Assembly: GCA_913051775.1 (NCBI GenBank)
Contig: CAJXCL010000003.1
Span: forward strand, 3,492 to 67,491
Length of the DNA: 64,000 nucleotides
Direction of reading: 5' to 3'
Origin: an uncultured Nitrospirota bacterium
GTDB taxonomy: Bacteria; Nitrospinota; Nitrospinia; CAJXCL01
The position numbers and the translations under genes are program-made. Positions 59,701 through 64,000 of this stretch are shown piece by piece. The stretch's first letter is position 1, and every line of letters begins with the position of its first letter. The notes below the pieces were generated by a model that was not told where the DNA came from, searched no databases, and saw only the letters and a program-made list of their open reading frames with translations.

Positions 59701-60158
59701 CTGGAAATGATTCCAGAAGTTTCGCTGAAACTGCGGTCGCTTTCTTCCTTCTGTTTTTGCAAAGGACTATGTATTTCTCCATTGTATTTAACAATAAAAG
59801 TGCGCACATCGGCAGGAAGGGCAACTATGTAATGCTCCAACATTTCATTATTTTGCTTGAAGATTGAATTAGAATTGGTTTCAGACTGTGAAGATTGTGC
59901 TTTATCTTCATAGTGGGTAATTGCTACACCTTCTGTGTTCGATACAGGCTGAAGTCCTTTATGAATAATGAAATGCACCTCACCACCGCCAACATTGAAA
60001 AAAGAATTCGGAAGGGTAATTTTATCTTCAATATCTATCCAGTGCTTCTCAGGGTCAATCACAACTTTCATGTTGTGGTGTATGTTTTCCTGGGCGTAGA
60101 GAGAGACAGGAAGGCATATAAGAGCAAGAAATTGGAATATAGCTAATAAACGTTTCAT
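56721..60158 (-). CDS. Exported multidomain peptidase: M1 aminopeptidase plus M28 plus PDZ
   Basis: HEILH...GEGL (M1 HExxH-18-E); SAHYDHLG, DDNASG, GEEAGLLGS and YHSPTD (M28); C-terminal PDZ (SPAEKAGLQKDD). Confidence 0.9.
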   Translation of the reverse strand: MKRLLAIFQFLALICLPVSLYAQENIHHNMKVVIDPEKHWIDIEDKITLPNSFFNVGGGEVHFIIHKGLQPVSNTEGVAITHYEDKAQSSQSETNSNSIFKQNNEMLEHYIVALPADVRTFIVKYNGEIHSPLQKQKEESDRSFSETSGIISSNGIYLASSSYWYPWFSDDLVTFSMKVHLPQGWKAISQGERTREESIVAGWKSQYPQDEIYLIAGKFTEYSKQAGSVQTLVFLRNPDEKLANKYLETGSQYLKMYSKLLGPYPYKKFALIENFWQTGYGMPSFTLLGSKIIRFPFILHSSYPHEILHNWWANGVFVDLSSGNWGEGLTAYLSDHLIKEQRGQGKEYRRTTLQKYTDYAAESKDFPLTEFRSRHSSATEAVGYGKTLMFFHMLRLQLGDKVFIKGLQKFYQEFKFKRAAFENLREVFEEVSGKDLQIEFNQWIKQTGAPEIRINHASAQADKKGYQLTAVLEQIQEAPAYTLRIPITVTLQDFEETYQTRVLMNDRHLEVSFHVPSKPLRLKVDPEFDLFRQLDRYETPPALSRAFGSDKVLIILPSLASKDILNEYRKVAESWQKSPSRQMEIKLDNEINELPADRTVWLFGKENLFNPKIIDAMKGYDVSINNSGVSIGENEIKRKNHSTIFTTRHPDEPDFALAWVSTDNASAIPGLGRKLPHYGKYSYLAFEGDEPSIVLKGRWPTLNSPMSVPIELSDNKEIPSSLPLQRAETTPVGVVTKLVPRQALAYLPAVFSAKRMTSIISFLADKKMKGRGLGTAELDKAADFIASKFNEAGLETISGKKGSYFQEWNEKNGEFNQNIALKNVVGVIRGSNPDLEGQSVVLSAHYDHLGLGWPDVRQGNKGKIHPGSDDNASGVAILLELAQILGKRWKPDRTVVFVAFTGEEAGLLGSKHYVKIEKKFPVDKIIGVLNLDTVGRLGKKKLMIFGTGSAREWIHIFMGASYVTGVPIEAVSKDFGSSDQKSFLDAGVPAVQFFSGPHLDYHSPTDTIDKVDKAGLVKVASVLKEAVEYLAGREEQLTSLLDTQRGFASRKSAEPDQGRKISLGTIPDFAFEGKGIKIIGTLPDSPAEKAGLQKDDMLTHVNGNKIDNLRSFSDFLKSMKPGDTVVITFLREGNEKIVSVEVEAR

Positions 60159-60323
60159 AATGTTCTAAGTAGCTTTAAGCAGTCAGGTACCAGCATTCAC
60201 CAAGAATGGTTTTTATTAAGTTCTGTTCTTAGCTTTCAGCTGATTGCTTAATGTTATTGTTATGTTTGTAGGATTATACCATCTGTGCTATAAATTTTTT
60301 AGAATATAATTTAAATTGCAGGT

Positions 60324-61295
60324 TTGATGCATAAATCCAGTCATCCAAAATACTTATATTTTGTTGGGAAAGGCGGTGTGGGAAAATCAACATGCTCTGC
60401 TTCAACCGCACTGGCATTAGCTGAAAAAAAGAACAAAACCCTCATCGTTTCGCTTGACCCTGCCCATAACTTGTCCGACATATTTGAAACGTCTCTCGAA
60501 GATAAGCCGAAAGAGATAAAAGAAAACCTGTACGCCATGGAAATAAACCTGGAACAGCGAATGGAAAAGTCCCTAAAAAAAACCATCGACATGATGAAAA
60601 ACTTATACACATACCTCAATGTTATTAATCTTGAAGGAATGTTTGATACCTTGCGGTTTTCTCCGGGGATGGAGGAATACGCTGTCATCTTTGCATTAGA
60701 AGATATTTTTGAAAGTTACAGGAATATGGATTTTATCATATTCGATACGCCTCCAACAGGACTTACTCTGAGGTTCTTTGCCCTGCCGCATATATCTGTT
60801 CTGTGGATTGAAAAATTGTCGACATTGAGAAAGAAGATTTTAAGCAGGCGTGATTCTTTAAAAAACATACTTGGTGAAAAATACCATGATAAGGAATTAC
60901 CTTCTACTGTTAAGGACGATTCGGTTTTTAAGGAACTTGTGAGTTTTGATGGGCGGTTAAAAACATTAAAAAATCACTTTAGCTCTAAAGAAGACAGTTT
61001 GATGTTTCTGCTCTTAAACCCGGACAGGCTTTCTTTTAGCGAAGGACGAAAGATAATAGCGGCGTTTGAAAAATTCTCCCTGCCTCTGAATATGGTAATT
61101 ATTAATAAAAGCGGACTTTATAATGACAATACCTCTGATGAATTATCTCAATTTATGGAGAGTTTTTTTGCAGATGTGAAAAAAAAGTTCAATGGCCTTA
61201 AAACCATGGAACTACCGTTTAAAGACAGCGGGACATTAAGCAGAAAAGACATGATGACATTTGGTGAAAATGTTTACAGAAATGTGCCACTATGA
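60324..61295 (+). CDS. ArsA/Get3-like ATPase, single domain
   Basis: GKGGVGKST, SLDPAHNLSD, SPGMEEY, FDTPPTG and LNPDRLS..E motifs; only one Cys. Confidence 0.92.
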   Translation: MMHKSSHPKYLYFVGKGGVGKSTCSASTALALAEKKNKTLIVSLDPAHNLSDIFETSLEDKPKEIKENLYAMEINLEQRMEKSLKKTIDMMKNLYTYLNVINLEGMFDTLRFSPGMEEYAVIFALEDIFESYRNMDFIIFDTPPTGLTLRFFALPHISVLWIEKLSTLRKKILSRRDSLKNILGEKYHDKELPSTVKDDSVFKELVSFDGRLKTLKNHFSSKEDSLMFLLLNPDRLSFSEGRKIIAAFEKFSLPLNMVIINKSGLYNDNTSDELSQFMESFFADVKKKFNGLKTMELPFKDSGTLSRKDMMTFGENVYRNVPL

Positions 61296-61564
61296 TTCCA
61301 AAGGAAAACATTATCAAAATTCTTAAAAAGATCAAAGACCCGGAATCAGAACAGTCTCTATACGATCTTCAAATCGTGAAGCATATAGATTATAAAGAAG
61401 AGGAAAAAGAACTGATAATTACCCTTGATTTCAACAGGAGAATGCCGAACTGTATAGGCTGCAAACCGGTAGCTTGGATGGTGCAGAAGAAAATTGCAGA
61501 ATATCTCGAAAATGATTTTTTTGAATTTGAAGAAGTAAAACAGATAGATTTTAAATACTCATAA
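61292..61564 (+). CDS. DUF59/FeS-assembly-P-like small protein with CxxC
   Basis: LKKIKDPE....LYDLQIV motif; PNCIGC; 4-nt overlap with the ArsA gene. Confidence 0.7.
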   Translation: MIPKENIIKILKKIKDPESEQSLYDLQIVKHIDYKEEEKELIITLDFNRRMPNCIGCKPVAWMVQKKIAEYLENDFFEFEEVKQIDFKYS

Positions 61565-61658
61565 TACGGCATGTTGCCGCAACCACATAGGCTTCCGCCC
61601 TGGAGAACCATCAAAAAAACTTTTTCAAAAAACAAGTTTTTACAGAGCAATAGTATAA
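61565..61658 (+). repeat. Repeat family A, copy 5 (internally deleted)
   Basis: ACGGCATGTTGCCGCAACCACA joined to GCTTCCGCCCTGGAGAACCA...AAAAAACAAGTTTTTACAGAGCAATAGTATAA. Confidence 0.75.
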
Positions 61659-62326
61659 TGGAATCCATTAAGAAATCAGTTATCAGGGATCACTCGACCT
61701 GTCCCTTATGTAAAAAAAATAATTCTACACTCTTTTGTAAAGAGCAACACCGCTCCTACTTTCAATGTCCTTGTTGCAGTCTTCTTTATGTCCCTTCTTG
61801 CCACCATTTGTCCCCCGTGGAAGAAAAAAAGAGGTACGATACCCATACCAATCATCCTGACGATCCTGAATATCGGGATTTTTTGAACAGGCTTGTTAGC
61901 CCGTTACTTCCTTATCTCCCAACAGGAGGAAAAGGAATCGACTATGGATCGGGCCCGGGCCCCACACTCTCTCTCATGTTTTCTGAATTTGGTTTTCATA
62001 TGAAAGATTATGACCCATTTTACGCTAACTATAATAAGGTATTAGAGGAAGAATACGATTTTCTCACCTGCTCAGAGACCATGGAACACTTTAGTAATCC
62101 TAAAGAGGAGTGGGAACTTTTTCTCAAGCTAGTCAAAAGGGGAGGGTGGATAGGAATAATGACCCAACTTTATGAACGAGAGATCGATTTTTCCCAATGG
62201 TATTATAAAAATGACCCCACTCATGTTTCATTTTATTCAAAAGAGACTTTCAAATGGCTGGCAGAAGAATATAATCTGAGGCTTTTGTTTGGAGAACAAT
62301 CTGTGGTATTTTTTCAACGGATTTAA
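61658..62326 (+). CDS. Class I SAM-dependent methyltransferase with N-terminal Zn ribbon (alternative start 61571)
   Basis: CPLC...CPCC, RYDTH.N, DYGSGPGP, YDPFY, SETMEHF and YKNDPTHVSFY motifs. Confidence 0.9.
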   Translation: MESIKKSVIRDHSTCPLCKKNNSTLFCKEQHRSYFQCPCCSLLYVPSCHHLSPVEEKKRYDTHTNHPDDPEYRDFLNRLVSPLLPYLPTGGKGIDYGSGPGPTLSLMFSEFGFHMKDYDPFYANYNKVLEEEYDFLTCSETMEHFSNPKEEWELFLKLVKRGGWIGIMTQLYEREIDFSQWYYKNDPTHVSFYSKETFKWLAEEYNLRLLFGEQSVVFFQRI

Positions 62327-62610
62327 AAAATTACGAAAGAATTTTTCTCATTTTAAAACTATGATTGAACCACAAAGTGCACGAAGCCACTCTCAGCGGG
62401 GCGAAGTTCACGAAGGAATTACTAAAATGTATTTTATGTCACCTTTTTTCCTTTATAATGAATAATATGAATAATTTTGAGTCTGCACAGAGACCTTTTG
62501 GCAGACTTAGGTCTACATAGCATTGTAAATTTATGAACATAATCTAATTAGTTAGCTGATAGCTGAGTGCTGACTGCTAAACGCTACTTCAAAGGCAGTT
62601 GTTTTGGCTC

Positions 62611-63303
62611 CTATATTTCGTTTATTTTTTCTTTTATATCTTGTAACCACTTGAGCTTTAAATCTTTTTTGTAGGGGCTTGCGTGCCTAAATGATGTTTT
62701 ATCACCATTATTATTTATTCCAATAATTTTATTGCCGTCTAACGCTTCCAACGCTTCTTTTGCTAAGCCATTTAAAATATTCAGGCTTCCCCATGCGACT
62801 ATAATGATTTTTTTGCTTTTCATGGCAAGAGAACTTAACAACTCTTTTCTTCGTTTTTGGTTAAATATGCTGTGAGGGTGGTAATTATAAAGAGTTGATG
62901 CTCTCAAAAACTTTTTATGAAAGCCTCCGCTGCTACCGTCTCGCAAATCAGATAAATTTAATACCCGGACATGCTTCCAATCTTGATCCAGCATTACGCG
63001 CATAATTTGATATTGAGCATTATCCGGTCTGGTTGAAACAAGTTCTTTTGACCAATTTTTAAACTCTATCTCTTTTAATGTAAATACTTTTTCTTTGTAA
63101 TTTTTATCATTAGCTCGTGAAGATCCTGGATTCATCATAACAACTACTGCGTTTGGGCCTTGTCCGGGTAATTCCTTGAATCCTTTTCTAACAATCTCCA
63201 GCACGCTCCTGCATTTAAATTTTTGGCTGTTAATATGTAAATCATAAAAATGTCCTAATACGTCAAATTCTTTTTTTAGTTCATCTGCGTATATAAATCT
63301 CAT
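62611..63303 (-). CDS. Hypothetical protein, DUF1643-like
   Basis: VVMMNPGSS, RVLNLSDLR, IVAWG and RHAS motifs resemble DUF1643. Confidence 0.6.
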   Translation of the reverse strand: MRFIYADELKKEFDVLGHFYDLHINSQKFKCRSVLEIVRKGFKELPGQGPNAVVVMMNPGSSRANDKNYKEKVFTLKEIEFKNWSKELVSTRPDNAQYQIMRVMLDQDWKHVRVLNLSDLRDGSSGGFHKKFLRASTLYNYHPHSIFNQKRRKELLSSLAMKSKKIIIVAWGSLNILNGLAKEALEALDGNKIIGINNNGDKTSFRHASPYKKDLKLKWLQDIKEKINEI

Positions 63304-63343
63304 CAGAATTCCTATATTTAATAAAAATAATGATATTTGTAGA

Positions 63344-63721
63344 CTATTTTTTGATTTTTAACAAACTCTTAAGATCAGGAAATGGTTTGTATGTGGAAGA
63401 GGGGTCTCGCTCAGCGCTTGGCGGTGTCCTGCAATCATACGCGGCCTCTTCAAGATACCGCGTGTGCTCATTGTCGTGACAATAGAGACACAACAGTTCC
63501 CAGTTGCTGCCGTCGGGTGGATTGTTATCGTGGTTGTGGTCCTTGTGGTGTACCGTAAGTTCACGAAGTTTTTTTCCGGAAAATTCCCGTCCGCAATGCG
63601 CGCATATCCAGGGATAAATCTTGAGTGCTCGTTCCCGATAAGTTTGCTCCCGGAGATTCTGGTTGCGTTGGGTCTCGGCGATGAACTTCTCAATATCTGG
63701 GTTTGTCTTCTTTGCTGGCAC
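63344..63721 (-). CDS. yajD: YajD family HNH nuclease
   Basis: YRERALKIYPWICAHCGREF, LTVHHKDHNHDNNPPDGSNWELLCLYCHDNEH motif. Confidence 0.92.
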   Translation of the reverse strand: MPAKKTNPDIEKFIAETQRNQNLREQTYRERALKIYPWICAHCGREFSGKKLRELTVHHKDHNHDNNPPDGSNWELLCLYCHDNEHTRYLEEAAYDCRTPPSAERDPSSTYKPFPDLKSLLKIKK

Positions 63722-63808
63722 TGGCCTTCCCTCGAGTAGGCTGGTTAAACAGGCCTAAAGACCTCACAAGAAGCGTTAAATAAATTTTGGGGCAAAAGTA
63801 GCACTCAA

Positions 63809-64000
63809 TCATGAAAACGATTGTTCAAATAATTCCTTGATTGCTTTCTTACCGTTCTTTTCGAGAAAACGCGTCCCTGTCCCGGCGAAATGAATATGCT
63901 TAATGATAGGTTCATCCTTGCTCTTGCATTCAATCCAGTCAGCCTGGTTCCAATTGAACCAAACGTCACGTTTCTGATCAAACACCCACAATGGTTTATT
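63809..64000 (-). CDS. 3' end of a hypothetical protein (continues beyond the window)
   Basis: Open frame from the window edge to the stop at 63809 (WVFDQKRDVWFNW...). Confidence 0.5.
   Translation of the reverse strand, partial: NKPLWVFDQKRDVWFNWNQADWIECKSKDEPIIKHIHFAGTGTRFLEKNGKKAIKELFEQSFS

Noticed and set aside
44391-61295. arsC plus ArsA as an arsenic-resistance operon
   Set aside because: They are 16 kb apart with no arsR/arsB/acr3/arsD, and the ArsA lacks metalloid-binding Cys.

Overview
AT-rich bacterial chromosomal window with no rRNA, no CRISPR array and no intact transposase or integrase. Lineage is not determinable from sequence alone; the gene set would fit a Nitrospinota- or deltaproteobacteria-like organism (inference). 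Left to right: a 5'-truncated class B-like radical SAM gene, Mrp/ApbC, an FGE-domain gene, an IS256 remnant, an NHL-repeat gene and an orphan gspG. Next is an anaerobic cobalamin cluster (cbiX-cbiC fusion, cbiD, E, L, F, G, H, then pyrC; minus strand) divergent from rnfCDGEAB-ribF. Housekeeping genes follow (glnD, phoH, HDIG, ybeY, HIT, hisS, sirtuin, mdh, aconitase). A decayed zone (about 36-48 kb) holds many pseudogenes plus cobS, arsC and rmlAC up to tRNA-Asp. Between tRNA-Asp and tRNA-Val lies a Fur-boxed iron-uptake locus (p19/Tpd, LbtU-like porin, FTR1, cupredoxin-like protein, fur). The right end has a TolB-like gene, an M1-M28-PDZ peptidase, ArsA plus a DUF59-like gene, a methyltransferase, a DUF1643-like gene and yajD. 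The most unusual signals are non-coding. Two dispersed multi-hairpin repeat families show compensatory stem changes, and one copy sits in-frame inside a DUF1848 gene. A structured, CU-rich leader lies behind the Fur-controlled promoter. Short-period stutter repeats fill many intergenic gaps. All family assignments are from motif recognition by eye; no database search was run.
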